Positions 10,139-19,515 of a DNA stretch of 44,582 bases are shown one piece after another. A model generated the notes under the pieces. It was not told where the DNA came from. It saw only the letters and a program-made list of their open reading frames with translations, and ran no database searches. The DNA lies in sequence record SRR22947725_4464. The stretch is one strand, 5' to 3'. Made by a program: the position numbers and the translations under genes. Positions within the stretch are counted from its first letter, which is position 1. Every line of letters begins with the position of its first letter.

Positions 10139-10262
10139 CAACGTTTTGTATAAGAATAGATGCGGGTTTGTATGCGAGGATTTTCCGAAAAAAAATCAGA
10201 TGTAGTAAACACGCAACTACCATTTTTTAGCACTAAACCGCAATTATTTTTATACGGTGTTG
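10139..10262 (-). repeat. 124-bp imperfect inverted repeat element bounded by CAAC...GTTG (attC-like)
   Basis: Left arm CAACgttttGTATAAgAATAgaTGCGGgTTT versus reverse complement of right arm CAACaccGTATAAaAATAatTGCGGTTT; internal hairpins 10179-97 and 10202-20. Confidence 0.8.
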
Positions 10263-10277
10263 CATGGCGTTTTTCAA

Positions 10278-10712
10278 TTATTTCCTGAATTTTTCTTTTT
10301 TTCTAAATACCATATTTATTCGATATTTTGCTTCACTTCCAAATATCTCAATATCATCACCGCCACCAGCTCCAATAGTTCCTGCGGTAGCATTATAAGC
10401 ATCTAAATATTCGAATCCTAATCTAGACATTGCATTAAGTAAATCAGTTTGATTTCGTATTCTTAATTTTTTTTTGTTTTGAAGTAATGTTTCTAATTCT
10501 TCTAACACTATAGCATAATCAGATTTTTTATAATCAATCATAATATTTATTCCTCCTAAAAGCTTTGTGTTCTCTGATGTTATTACTATATATTCAGGAA
10601 GTTGTTCAATGTTTACCGCAGAAGAAGTTTCTGCTTTTAGCTCTTGTGCAGATAAGTTTAATGATAATACTGTAATCATCATTAATAATAAATTTGTTCT
10701 TGTTTTTTTCAT
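10278..10712 (-). CDS. Secreted hypothetical protein (cassette-like)
   Basis: Sec signal ending LSA-Q; DLLNAMSRLGFEY motif; AT-rich; stop 15 nt before the repeat arm. Confidence 0.75.
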   Translation of the reverse strand: MKKTRTNLLLMMITVLSLNLSAQELKAETSSAVNIEQLPEYIVITSENTKLLGGINIMIDYKKSDYAIVLEELETLLQNKKKLRIRNQTDLLNAMSRLGFEYLDAYNATAGTIGAGGGDDIEIFGSEAKYRINMVFRKKEKFRK

Positions 10713-10772
10713 TTTGCGTGTGATTTGTTGTTTATATAAATACTATTTTTCAAAAAAGATGTTTAAAGTCGA

Positions 10773-10800
10773 AAACCGCTATTACGTTTATACTTTGTTG
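10773..10800 (-). repeat. Half copy (one arm) of the same repeat
   Basis: AAACCGCTATTACGTTTATACTTTGTTG matches 10235-10262 at 23/28 positions; 14 nt after the stop of 10815..11321. Confidence 0.75.
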
Positions 10801-10814
10801 GTAGCAGTGATTAT

Positions 10815-11321
10815 TTAATCATCATCATCGTGGTCATCTTTTTCGCCACGATTAAATATTCCATTATCATTATTCACATTGCTTGTTCTTATTTCAGAAT
10901 GTCTAATTTCTCCACCTGTACTTCCTACCTTCGCAAAAAGCCCAAATGTTCCTAATGAAACTACAAGGGTAATTAAACTCAAAGTTTTTGCAAAAGATAA
11001 CTTTTTGATAATCGCAAAAAAGGTGATAATTGACAAAATTCCTAAAAGTCCCATTAACCATATTGCTTTTTCAGCAAGTTCTTCGTGGTTTTCAATTAGT
11101 TGTTCCGAAACTCCTGCGATATGTTCAACAGTTTCTTCTGCTTCTTCGCCCGTTAGAAAAACAGGTATTGTTAAAATAGCCATTAATATAAAAGTTACTA
11201 GTGCTACTTTTTTTATAGCATCATTTTTGGCAAACTGACCATAAGCCAAAATTCCAATTCCGATTATTGTTCCCACTATTGGGAAATGTGTTAATATTAA
11301 ATGCAAATGTGTTGCGTCCAT
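10815..11321 (-). CDS. Four-TM membrane protein, DUF2231-like
   Basis: HL.LTHFPI, TGEEAE, ENHEE.A, GGEIRH motifs; acidic DDHDDDD tail. Confidence 0.75.
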   Translation of the reverse strand: MDATHLHLILTHFPIVGTIIGIGILAYGQFAKNDAIKKVALVTFILMAILTIPVFLTGEEAEETVEHIAGVSEQLIENHEELAEKAIWLMGLLGILSIITFFAIIKKLSFAKTLSLITLVVSLGTFGLFAKVGSTGGEIRHSEIRTSNVNNDNGIFNRGEKDDHDDDD

Positions 11322-11599
11322 AATTTTGTTCTTTTGTCATTTTTACTTAATAGCGCAATCAACGCTTAATTATAAAAGAAAACTGCATTAATGTTGGGTT
11401 GCTGTCGGTATATACTTGGTATGTGCCGTAGGTTTATCATTGTTTGGGGTTAACAGACTTTGGGGTTTGTTTAGCACTAAGTTAACAAAAATACTGAAAA
11501 GACCTCCAGATGATGTTTCAACAATTGGTCGTTGTATTTGTTAATTTCTTTGTTTGACATCGCTTCTATTTAATGGGTTGATGTTTTAAATTAGCCCTC

Positions 11600-13453
11600 A
11601 TGCCACAAACTACCCAATACAACGAAGATAATATCCGATCACTCGATTGGAAAGAGCATATTCGGATGCGTCCGGGAATGTATATTGGGAAGCTTGGTGA
11701 TGGATCTTCTCCAGATGATGGTATCTACATTCTCCTTAAAGAAGTATTGGACAACAGCATCGATGAGTTTGTTATGGGGGCGGGCAGAACCATTGATATC
11801 AAAATTGATGAAGGCAAGGTTACCGTTCGCGATTACGGTCGTGGAATACCGCTAGGTAAGGTTGTGGATGTGGTGTCTAAAATGAACACAGGGGGTAAAT
11901 ACGATTCCCGTGCCTTTAAAAAGTCGGTTGGATTAAACGGAGTAGGAACCAAAGCTGTAAACGCACTCTCGCAATCGTTTTATGTGGCATCCTCTCGTGA
12001 TGGTCAACAGAAATCCGCATTATTTTCACAGGGCAGCTTGGAAACAGACAGCCCCATGGAGGCGACCTCCCATCGCAACGGAACTCAAGTAACTTTTGTT
12101 CCCGACGAATCCATCTTTAAAAAATACCGCTACCGCCATGAGTATGTAGCCAAAATGCTCAAATACTACGTGTACCTTAACCCTGGGCTTACGATAGTTT
12201 TTAACGGTGAAAAATTTATATCGAAAAACGGCCTTAGAGACCTGTTGGAAGACAATAACAATATTGAGGATTTCCTTTATCCCGTAATCCACCTTAAAGG
12301 CGATGATATTGAAGTGGCCATTACACACAGCAAAACCCAATACAACGAAGAATACCACTCGTTTGTTAATGGACAGCACACCACACAAGGAGGAACACAC
12401 CAAAATGCGTTTCGAGAGTCGTTGGTAAAAACAATACGCGAGTTTTACGGCAAGCAGTTTGATCCCTCTGATATTCGTAAATCCATCATTTCAGCCATTA
12501 GTATTAAGGTGATGGAGCCGGTATTTGAGTCGCAAACAAAAACCAAGCTTGGGTCTACGGAAATGGGCGGAAATCTCCCCACAGTACGTACCTACATCAA
12601 TGAGTTTATTGGAAAACAACTCGATAACTTTCTGCATAAAAACACGACTACGGCTGACGCCCTACAGCGTAAAATCTTACAGGCAGAGAAAGAGCGCAAA
12701 GAACTGTCGGGGATTCGTAAACTAGCCCGTGAACGTGCTAAAAAATCAAACCTACACAATAAAAAACTCCGAGATTGCCGTGTTCACTTAGGGGATATTA
12801 AGAAGGATCGTCGTTTAGAGTCTACCTTGTTTATTACTGAGGGCGACTCTGCCAGTGGATCGATTACAAAATCTAGAGATGTGAACACTCAAGCGGTGTT
12901 TAGTTTACGTGGAAAGCCACTGAATTCCTATGGGATGTCCAAAAAAATTGTTTACGAAAACGAGGAATTCAATCTGTTGCAAGCAGCATTGAATATCGAG
13001 GACAACATGGAAGACCTGCGGTATAATAACATTGTAATTGCTACCGATGCCGATGTGGATGGGATGCACATTCGATTGCTGCTGATTACCTTCTTTTTGC
13101 AGTTTTTCCCTGAGCTAATTAAGGATGGCCATTTGTATATTTTACAAACGCCCTTATTTCGTGTTCGCAATAAAAAGAAAACAATTTACTGTTATTCGGA
13201 GCAAGAGCGCGTAAACGCACTTAATGAGTTGGGCAAACAAGCTGAAATCACACGATTTAAAGGATTGGGTGAGATTTCTCCCGATGAATTCAAACATTTT
13301 ATTGGTGATGATATTCGTCTTGACCCCGTGATGTTGGATAGAAACATGACCATAGATGAATTACTGTCTTTTTATATGGGTAAAAACACCCCAAAACGGC
13401 AAGAGTTTATTATTGATAACCTCAAAGTGGAGTTAGATAAAATAGAGCAATGA
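11600..13453 (+). CDS. parE: DNA topoisomerase IV subunit B
   Basis: [44 protein letters not shown]; 617 aa, coupled to the A subunit by an ATGA overlap. Confidence 0.93.
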   Translation: MPQTTQYNEDNIRSLDWKEHIRMRPGMYIGKLGDGSSPDDGIYILLKEVLDNSIDEFVMGAGRTIDIKIDEGKVTVRDYGRGIPLGKVVDVVSKMNTGGKYDSRAFKKSVGLNGVGTKAVNALSQSFYVASSRDGQQKSALFSQGSLETDSPMEATSHRNGTQVTFVPDESIFKKYRYRHEYVAKMLKYYVYLNPGLTIVFNGEKFISKNGLRDLLEDNNNIEDFLYPVIHLKGDDIEVAITHSKTQYNEEYHSFVNGQHTTQGGTHQNAFRESLVKTIREFYGKQFDPSDIRKSIISAISIKVMEPVFESQTKTKLGSTEMGGNLPTVRTYINEFIGKQLDNFLHKNTTTADALQRKILQAEKERKELSGIRKLARERAKKSNLHNKKLRDCRVHLGDIKKDRRLESTLFITEGDSASGSITKSRDVNTQAVFSLRGKPLNSYGMSKKIVYENEEFNLLQAALNIEDNMEDLRYNNIVIATDADVDGMHIRLLLITFFLQFFPELIKDGHLYILQTPLFRVRNKKKTIYCYSEQERVNALNELGKQAEITRFKGLGEISPDEFKHFIGDDIRLDPVMLDRNMTIDELLSFYMGKNTPKRQEFIIDNLKVELDKIEQ

Positions 13454-16041
13454 ACGAAGAAGAACAATCCATAGCTTCTGGAGATCAACTGATACGCGTA
13501 TCAGGCATGTACAAGGACTGGTTCCTTGATTATGCTTCGTATGTAATTTTAGAGCGTGCCGTTCCTGCAAACGACGATGGGTTTAAGCCTGTACAGCGGC
13601 GTATTTTACATTCCATGAAGGATTTGGACGATGGACGCTACACCAAGGTGGCTAATATTGTAGGGCACACCATGCAGTACCATCCGCACGGAGACGCCTC
13701 CATTGCCGACGCCATGGTGCAAATCGGTCAAAAAGACTTGCTTATTGATATGCAAGGAAACTGGGGGAATATCCTCACCGGTGATTCTGCAGCAGCTTCG
13801 CGATATATTGAAGCACGTCTTTCAAAGTTTGCTTTAGACGTAGTGTACAGCCCAAAAGTTACCAATTGGCAGCTTTCGTATGATGGACGTAAGAAAGAAC
13901 CCATTCATCTTCCAGTAAAATTCCCGATGTTATTGGCACAGGGTGGCGAGGGGATTGCCGTAGGACTTTCCACCAAAATACTCCCGCACAATTTTTTAGA
14001 ACTTATAGATGCTTCCATCAAGCACTTACAAGGAAAACGCTTTACGCTTGTTCCTGATTTTCCAACAGGAGGCGACATGGATCCCACCAATTACAACGAT
14101 GGACTTCGAGGTGGTAAAATTCGAGTGCGTGCCAAAATAGCGCAGCATGATAAGCAAACCCTTGTTATCAATGAAATTCCGTTTAGTACAACGACTTCTA
14201 CCTTGATCGATTCGATTCTTAAGGCAAACGAAAAAGGAAAGATCAAGATCAAGCAGATTGAAGATAATACAGCTGCTAGTGTTGAGATTTTAATTCACTT
14301 GCCAACTAATGTTTCACCAGATAAAACCATAGATGCACTCTTTGCATTTACGGCTTGTGAAACCTCCATATCGCCTTTGGGATGTGTCATTCAAGACAAC
14401 AAACCCAATTTTATAGGTGTTTCTGAAATGCTGGTTCACTCAACAGACCATACGGTTGAATTGCTTCGCAATGAGCTTGAGGTCAAAAAAGAGGAGCTCG
14501 AAGAACAATGGCATTTTGCTTCGCTGGAACGTATATTTATTGAGGAGCGAATTTATCGAGACATTGAAGAAGTAGAAACTTGGGAAGGTGTATTACAAGC
14601 CATTCATCGTGGACTAGCACCTCATGTAACGCACCTAAAACGTGCGGTTACTGATGATGATGTTGTTCGTCTAACCGAAATTCGCATCAAACGTATTTCA
14701 AAGTTTGACTTAGATAAGGCACAGCAAAAAATTGATGCTCTAGAAGATGAACTTTCTCTTGTAGCACACGATCTAGCAAACCTCATTGATTTTGCTATTG
14801 CTCATTTTAAGCGATTAAAAGCCACCTACGGAGAAGGCAAAGAACGAAAGACAGAAATCAAACTCTTTGAAGATGTTGATGCGCGAAAAGTAGTGATGCG
14901 CAACACCAAGCTGTATGTCAGTAGGGAAGAAGGTTTTATAGGAACGTCATTGCGTAAGGAAGAATACGTTGCCGATTGTGCCGATATTGATGATGTTGTT
15001 GTGTTTACCGCCGATGGCAAGATGATTGTTACAAAGGTAGATACCAAAACGTTTGTTGGTAAAAATATTATTCATGTAGCGGTCTTTAAAAAGAAGGACA
15101 AGCGTACGATTTACAACATGATTTATCAAGATGGCAAAGGGGGCAACTCTTACATCAAACGCTTTGCAGTAACAGGAGTTACTAGAGATAAACACTACGA
15201 TCTAACCAATGGAAATCCATCATCCAAGGTTCATTATTTTTCAGCAAATCCCAATGGCGAAGCCGAAGTAGTAACGATCCACCTAAGACAGAGTGGATCT
15301 ATTAAAAAGTTGAAGTGGGATTTAGATTTTACAGACCTTGTTGTTAAAGGACGTGGCGTTCGTGGAAATACAGTCTCTAAATACGCAATTAAGCGTGTGG
15401 ACTTAAAAGAAGCTGGGGTTTCTACCCTAAAACCACGAAATGTATGGTTTGACGATACGGTTCAGCGTCTCAACGCAGATGAGCGAGGTCGATTACTAGG
15501 AGCCTTCAAAGGAGAGGATCGCCTGTTGATTGTAACAAAATCAGGGCTTGTAAAAACACAAATTCCTGATTTAACCATGCATTTTCCTGCCGACATGCTT
15601 GTTTTAGAAAAATGGGACCCGAACAAACCCTTATCTACAATTTATTTTGATGGAGATAAGGAACGCTATTTCGGAAAACGCTTTCTTATTGAAGCTCCTG
15701 ACAAAGAAGAATCCTTTTTAAAAGAGGGGACAAAAGTGCAATTGGAGTGGTTTTCAACAGATTGGCGTCCCGTATGTACCATGCACTATATTAAACCAAG
15801 AGGAGAAGAAGCAAAAGCCCCCGCTACATTTTCTTTTGAGGATTTTATCACACCAAAAGGTATTAAGGCCATGGGGAACCAGCTTACAGCGGATAAGCTA
15901 AAGCGTATTGAAGCCAATGACTGCCTACCGTACACACCTGAAGTCGAAGTCGCTGCTGAAGATATTGAAGCTGAGGTAGAGGAAATACTCCCAAAACAAG
16001 CGGATGATGATGGTGAGGGGCAAATCAGTTTAGAACTTTAA
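13450..16041 (+). CDS. parC: DNA topoisomerase IV subunit A
   Basis: [15 protein letters not shown], catalytic SRYIEARL; no GyrA box. Confidence 0.92.
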   Translation: MNEEEQSIASGDQLIRVSGMYKDWFLDYASYVILERAVPANDDGFKPVQRRILHSMKDLDDGRYTKVANIVGHTMQYHPHGDASIADAMVQIGQKDLLIDMQGNWGNILTGDSAAASRYIEARLSKFALDVVYSPKVTNWQLSYDGRKKEPIHLPVKFPMLLAQGGEGIAVGLSTKILPHNFLELIDASIKHLQGKRFTLVPDFPTGGDMDPTNYNDGLRGGKIRVRAKIAQHDKQTLVINEIPFSTTTSTLIDSILKANEKGKIKIKQIEDNTAASVEILIHLPTNVSPDKTIDALFAFTACETSISPLGCVIQDNKPNFIGVSEMLVHSTDHTVELLRNELEVKKEELEEQWHFASLERIFIEERIYRDIEEVETWEGVLQAIHRGLAPHVTHLKRAVTDDDVVRLTEIRIKRISKFDLDKAQQKIDALEDELSLVAHDLANLIDFAIAHFKRLKATYGEGKERKTEIKLFEDVDARKVVMRNTKLYVSREEGFIGTSLRKEEYVADCADIDDVVVFTADGKMIVTKVDTKTFVGKNIIHVAVFKKKDKRTIYNMIYQDGKGGNSYIKRFAVTGVTRDKHYDLTNGNPSSKVHYFSANPNGEAEVVTIHLRQSGSIKKLKWDLDFTDLVVKGRGVRGNTVSKYAIKRVDLKEAGVSTLKPRNVWFDDTVQRLNADERGRLLGAFKGEDRLLIVTKSGLVKTQIPDLTMHFPADMLVLEKWDPNKPLSTIYFDGDKERYFGKRFLIEAPDKEESFLKEGTKVQLEWFSTDWRPVCTMHYIKPRGEEAKAPATFSFEDFITPKGIKAMGNQLTADKLKRIEANDCLPYTPEVEVAAEDIEAEVEEILPKQADDDGEGQISLEL

Positions 16042-16817
16042 ACCGAGGTTTTCTTCTTGCGAAAACGCATATTTAAAAACTCTACCAACAACGAAAATGC
16101 AATAGCAAAATAGAGGTATCCTTTTGGGATGGTTCCAACAGATTGCTGCATAACCTCTAAATGGGAAAGATGCGCACCTTCAGCCAAGAGCATAAATCCA
16201 ATAAGCAACAAGAAGGACAATCCTAAAATTTGCAACGAAGGATGTTGATGAACAAACTTACTTACAGGGTGCGCAAATAAGAGCATAACAAGTATCGAAA
16301 TAACAACTGCTATAATCATAATCCAAATAGCACCATCCAAGCCATTAGTCATTCCAACAGCTGTAAGTATTGAATCTACAGAGAATACAGCATCTATTAA
16401 GAGTATTTGAATCAATACTCGATAAAAAGTATTCCCTGATTTCTGTGCTACCTTTTCACTTTGTTCCCCAGCACGATCCATTTTTTCATGAATTTCTTTG
16501 GTGCTTTTATAGAGTAAAAATAGTCCTCCAGCAAAAAGTATTAGAGACTGTCCGTTTATTGATGCACTAACATGCTCCGTATCAATATGGAAAAGAGTTG
16601 TTTGCATGGCAACAAGCCAAGAAATAGCAAATAGTAGCGCAATACGTAGAACAAGTGCAAGAATTAATCCAATATGTGTTGCACGTTTTCGTTTGTGCTC
16701 TGGTAATTTGCCAACAACAATAGAGATGAAAACGATATTGTCTATACCCAAAATAATCTCTAAAAATGTAAGGGTCAACAGGGATGATATCGCCTCTGGT
16801 GTGAATAAAAAATCCAT
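16038..16817 (-). CDS. TerC family membrane protein
   Basis: LEIILGIDNIVFI, DAVFSVDSI, GYLYFAIAFS. Confidence 0.93.
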   Translation of the reverse strand: MDFLFTPEAISSLLTLTFLEIILGIDNIVFISIVVGKLPEHKRKRATHIGLILALVLRIALLFAISWLVAMQTTLFHIDTEHVSASINGQSLILFAGGLFLLYKSTKEIHEKMDRAGEQSEKVAQKSGNTFYRVLIQILLIDAVFSVDSILTAVGMTNGLDGAIWIMIIAVVISILVMLLFAHPVSKFVHQHPSLQILGLSFLLLIGFMLLAEGAHLSHLEVMQQSVGTIPKGYLYFAIAFSLLVEFLNMRFRKKKTSV

Positions 16818-17194
16818 TAGTCTGATAGTTTAGTTACCATGCCACGTTGTTTGTTTCCTGTGTCCCCAACCAAATTATATTCAAAAGTATATGTGGATTT
16901 GTCCGTGGTTAGTATTTTCATCTGTACCGCCTTAGAGTCTTGAAAGGTGAGGGGGCGTAGTTTTTTGACAATACACTCACAATCATTCAACCACCGCACA
17001 GAGAATGTATCCACACGGCTTAAGTAATAATCGATCTCAATACTATCGTTTCGTGTAAAGGTAGTAGTTAGCGTATCTCCTAAAACAACAGATGTAAATG
17101 AGAATTTACCAGTCTTAAACGCTTTACAATTTCGCTCAGGAGTAAAACAAGCACTTAGCAGAAGGAGTAGGGTGATGAAAACAAGTTTACGCAT
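16817..17194 (-). CDS. Small conserved lipoprotein of unknown function
   Basis: Lipobox LSAC; C..FKTGKF and W.NDCE motifs. Confidence 0.75.
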   Translation of the reverse strand: MRKLVFITLLLLLSACFTPERNCKAFKTGKFSFTSVVLGDTLTTTFTRNDSIEIDYYLSRVDTFSVRWLNDCECIVKKLRPLTFQDSKAVQMKILTTDKSTYTFEYNLVGDTGNKQRGMVTKLSD

Positions 17195-17198
17195 GCCC

Positions 17199-17206
17199 CA
17201 AAAATA
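17199..17206 (-). promoter_or_regulatory. -7 element TATTTTTG, 4 nt before ATG
   Basis: CAAAAATA on the + strand. Confidence 0.5.
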
Positions 17207-17620
17207 TCATTTTTTATTGGTGTATGTACTGCAGCTGCCATCGGAATATAATAAAACAACTTGTTTTACAATTACATCTGCCTTGTTTGGCGTGCTTTTC
17301 GGGAGCGCTTCAGAGAATGTTTTTGATATAATTGATTCTGCGACTAGCGCTTTAGATAGGGGTGCTTCTTCCTCTTCAGGGAAAAGCGGTGGTTGAGCAC
17401 TTGTTGTTTGGCTTTTTTGTTCGGAACCAAAGAGCAGCCAATTCGTATCAGTAGTAGGGAAGGCCTGTAAAAGCTTCATGATAAAATCCAAGCTGGGTTT
17501 ATTACGCCCAGACAAAATATGAGAAATGGAAGAGCGCTGTACACCCAAACGGTCAGCAAATGCAGTGGAACTTAGTTCATGTTGAGCAATGACTTCTTTA
17601 ATACGATCGATTAATAACAT
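17207..17620 (-). CDS. XRE-family HTH transcriptional regulator
   Basis: FADRLGVQRSSISHILSGRNKPSLD HTH_3 pattern; C-terminal VVLLYSDG. Confidence 0.9.
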   Translation of the reverse strand: MLLIDRIKEVIAQHELSSTAFADRLGVQRSSISHILSGRNKPSLDFIMKLLQAFPTTDTNWLLFGSEQKSQTTSAQPPLFPEEEEAPLSKALVAESIISKTFSEALPKSTPNKADVIVKQVVLLYSDGSCSTYTNKK

Positions 17621-17622
17621 GG

Positions 17623-17870
17623 TTACAATTGTAATTTAATTAGTAATATACTATTATTATACAGCAATATACAATAAAAATCACAGGAGTTTAATTAAAC
17701 TATTAATTTATTATTGGAATGTAAAACCAATATTATAAGCAAGTTACTTTAATTTACAATTAAACTGTTTACTTTTGTAATCATTTTGAAGGGATTTATG
17801 TAGAATTTGTGTTTACGTTTATAACACCTGCTGTTTCCAAATGTAAACTATAAAGAATTTACATTTGCAA
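17623..17870. promoter_or_regulatory. Array of five TTAC-N4-GTAA palindromic boxes (candidate operators)
   Basis: TTACAATTGTAA 17623, TTACTTTTGTAA 17769, TTACGTTTATAA 17813, TTCCAAATGTAA 17835, TTACATTTGCAA 17859. Confidence 0.6.
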
Positions 17871-17873
17871 ACA

Positions 17874-18965
17874 ATGAATAATTATTTAGAACAACAGCCA
17901 CTATTATCAACGTCTAAACTAAGCGGTCGTTATATCACACTTGAAACAATAGGTTCAGTAATAACTCTATTTGAACATCAGACTATTGGAAAAAGCGCAT
18001 CAGGGCGACCAATTCATTGTATCACACTAGGCACAGGGCCAATAAAGGTGCTTCTTTGGTCTCAAATGCACGGAAATGAATCAACTGCTACAAAGGGAAT
18101 ATTTGATGTATTGGCATACCTAAATCAAGCGCCTGAGCTATTGGCGCAATTCAGTCTTTGTGTTTTACCAATGTTGAATCCTGATGGCGCCCATGCATAC
18201 ACTCGTGTAAATGCGAATAGTGTTGATTTAAATCGAGATGCTATAGATCAATCGCAACCCGAAACACAAGTATTACTTGAAAAGTATAATCAATTTAACC
18301 CTGATTTTTGCTTTAATCTTCATGATCAACGCACCATTTTTGGCGTAAATGAAGAACCCTGTATGCTTTCATTTTTAGCTCCTTCAGCGAATGAGGCCAA
18401 AGACCTAACGCCAGCTAGAAGAAAAGCTATGGGAGTAATAGGCGCAATAAATACAGTACTTCAGGAACATATTCCCAATCAAGTTGGTCGTTATGATGAT
18501 ACGTACAACGGAAATTGTACAGGTGATTATTTTCAGGGACAGGGCACACCTACTATTTTGTTTGAATGTGGTCAGGTGGGGGATGATTATGGTCGTGTAG
18601 CAACACGTAAATGGTTTGGTTTATCTGTAATTGCGGCCCTTAAAAGTATTGCTGATGATTATTTTAATGCGGATGCCTATAACAACATACCAGAAGTAGC
18701 AAAAACTTTTGTTGATGTTGTTATTAAAAATGTCATGATTAAAGGGAAACAAACGGATATTGCCTTACAATACGAAGAAGCGCTGCATCAAAACACCATT
18801 CAGTTTATCCCTAAAGTGCACACAATAGGGAACTTAGGTAAGACCCAAGGGCATAGAACCGTTGATTTTAATGGAAAATCACTTGACGACGAGACTGAAG
18901 TCACGCTAGGTCAAAATGCGTCTTTTTTGCTAAATGTGATAGATTTAACAAAATATTCACATTGA
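17874..18965 (+). CDS. M14 family zinc carboxypeptidase
   Basis: MHGNE, NPDG, DLNR, NLHDQ; ATG at 17874. Confidence 0.9.
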   Translation: MNNYLEQQPLLSTSKLSGRYITLETIGSVITLFEHQTIGKSASGRPIHCITLGTGPIKVLLWSQMHGNESTATKGIFDVLAYLNQAPELLAQFSLCVLPMLNPDGAHAYTRVNANSVDLNRDAIDQSQPETQVLLEKYNQFNPDFCFNLHDQRTIFGVNEEPCMLSFLAPSANEAKDLTPARRKAMGVIGAINTVLQEHIPNQVGRYDDTYNGNCTGDYFQGQGTPTILFECGQVGDDYGRVATRKWFGLSVIAALKSIADDYFNADAYNNIPEVAKTFVDVVIKNVMIKGKQTDIALQYEEALHQNTIQFIPKVHTIGNLGKTQGHRTVDFNGKSLDDETEVTLGQNASFLLNVIDLTKYSH

Positions 18966-19026
18966 TTTTTCGTTTTGACCGCATATAATTCAATGAATTT
19001 TTGTTTTCTTTGCAAAAATATTAATT

Positions 19027-19506
19027 ATGAACAAATTTAAACTCGACGATATAGACCACCAAATCTTAGATATCCTTATTGATAATATGCGTACGCCTTT
19101 CACAGACATTGCAAAACGTCTTTTGATTTCTGCTGGTACTGTGCATGTTCGTGTCCGTAAGATGGAAGATGCTGGAATTATCAAGGGTTCTTCACTTGCT
19201 TTAGACTACAACAAAATGGGGTATTCTTTTATCGCATATGTTGGTATTTATTTGGAGAAAACACATCAAACGAAATATGTTTTAGAACGTTTACGCGAAA
19301 TTCCTTTTATCACTGTTGCGCACATCACAACAGGTAAGTATAATATTTATTGTAAGGTTCGCGCGAAGTCAACCGAACATGCTAAAGAAATTATATTTAA
19401 AATTGATGACGTTGACGGAATACTTCGAACAGAGACTATGATTTCTCTTGAAGAAAGTATCAACGATAAAAAACGATTAATGCACACCATTTTTAACGAC
19501 CTATAA
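19027..19506 (+). CDS. Lrp/AsnC family regulator
   Basis: LDDIDHQIL...AGTVHVRV.KME..GII HTH plus RAM domain. Confidence 0.93.
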   Translation: MNKFKLDDIDHQILDILIDNMRTPFTDIAKRLLISAGTVHVRVRKMEDAGIIKGSSLALDYNKMGYSFIAYVGIYLEKTHQTKYVLERLREIPFITVAHITTGKYNIYCKVRAKSTEHAKEIIFKIDDVDGILRTETMISLEESINDKKRLMHTIFNDL

Positions 19507-19515
19507 AACCCGCTT

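Noticed and set aside
10139-10800. CRISPR array or IS element
   Set aside because: Only 1.5 copies separated by a whole gene; no regular spacers, cas gene, transposase or target duplication seen.
13678-13710. ParC quinolone-resistance-region Ala (HPHGDAS) as acquired resistance
   Set aside because: As far as I recall this is the normal Bacteroidota ParC sequence; nothing here indicates a mutation.
11600-16041. DNA gyrase gyrB/gyrA
   Set aside because: The short B subunit, the absence of a GyrA box and the divergent sequences fit Bacteroidota topoisomerase IV better.
17621-17873. oriC or dif site
   Set aside because: I found no DnaA-box cluster (TTATCCACA) and no XerD arm (TTATGTTAAAT) by eye.
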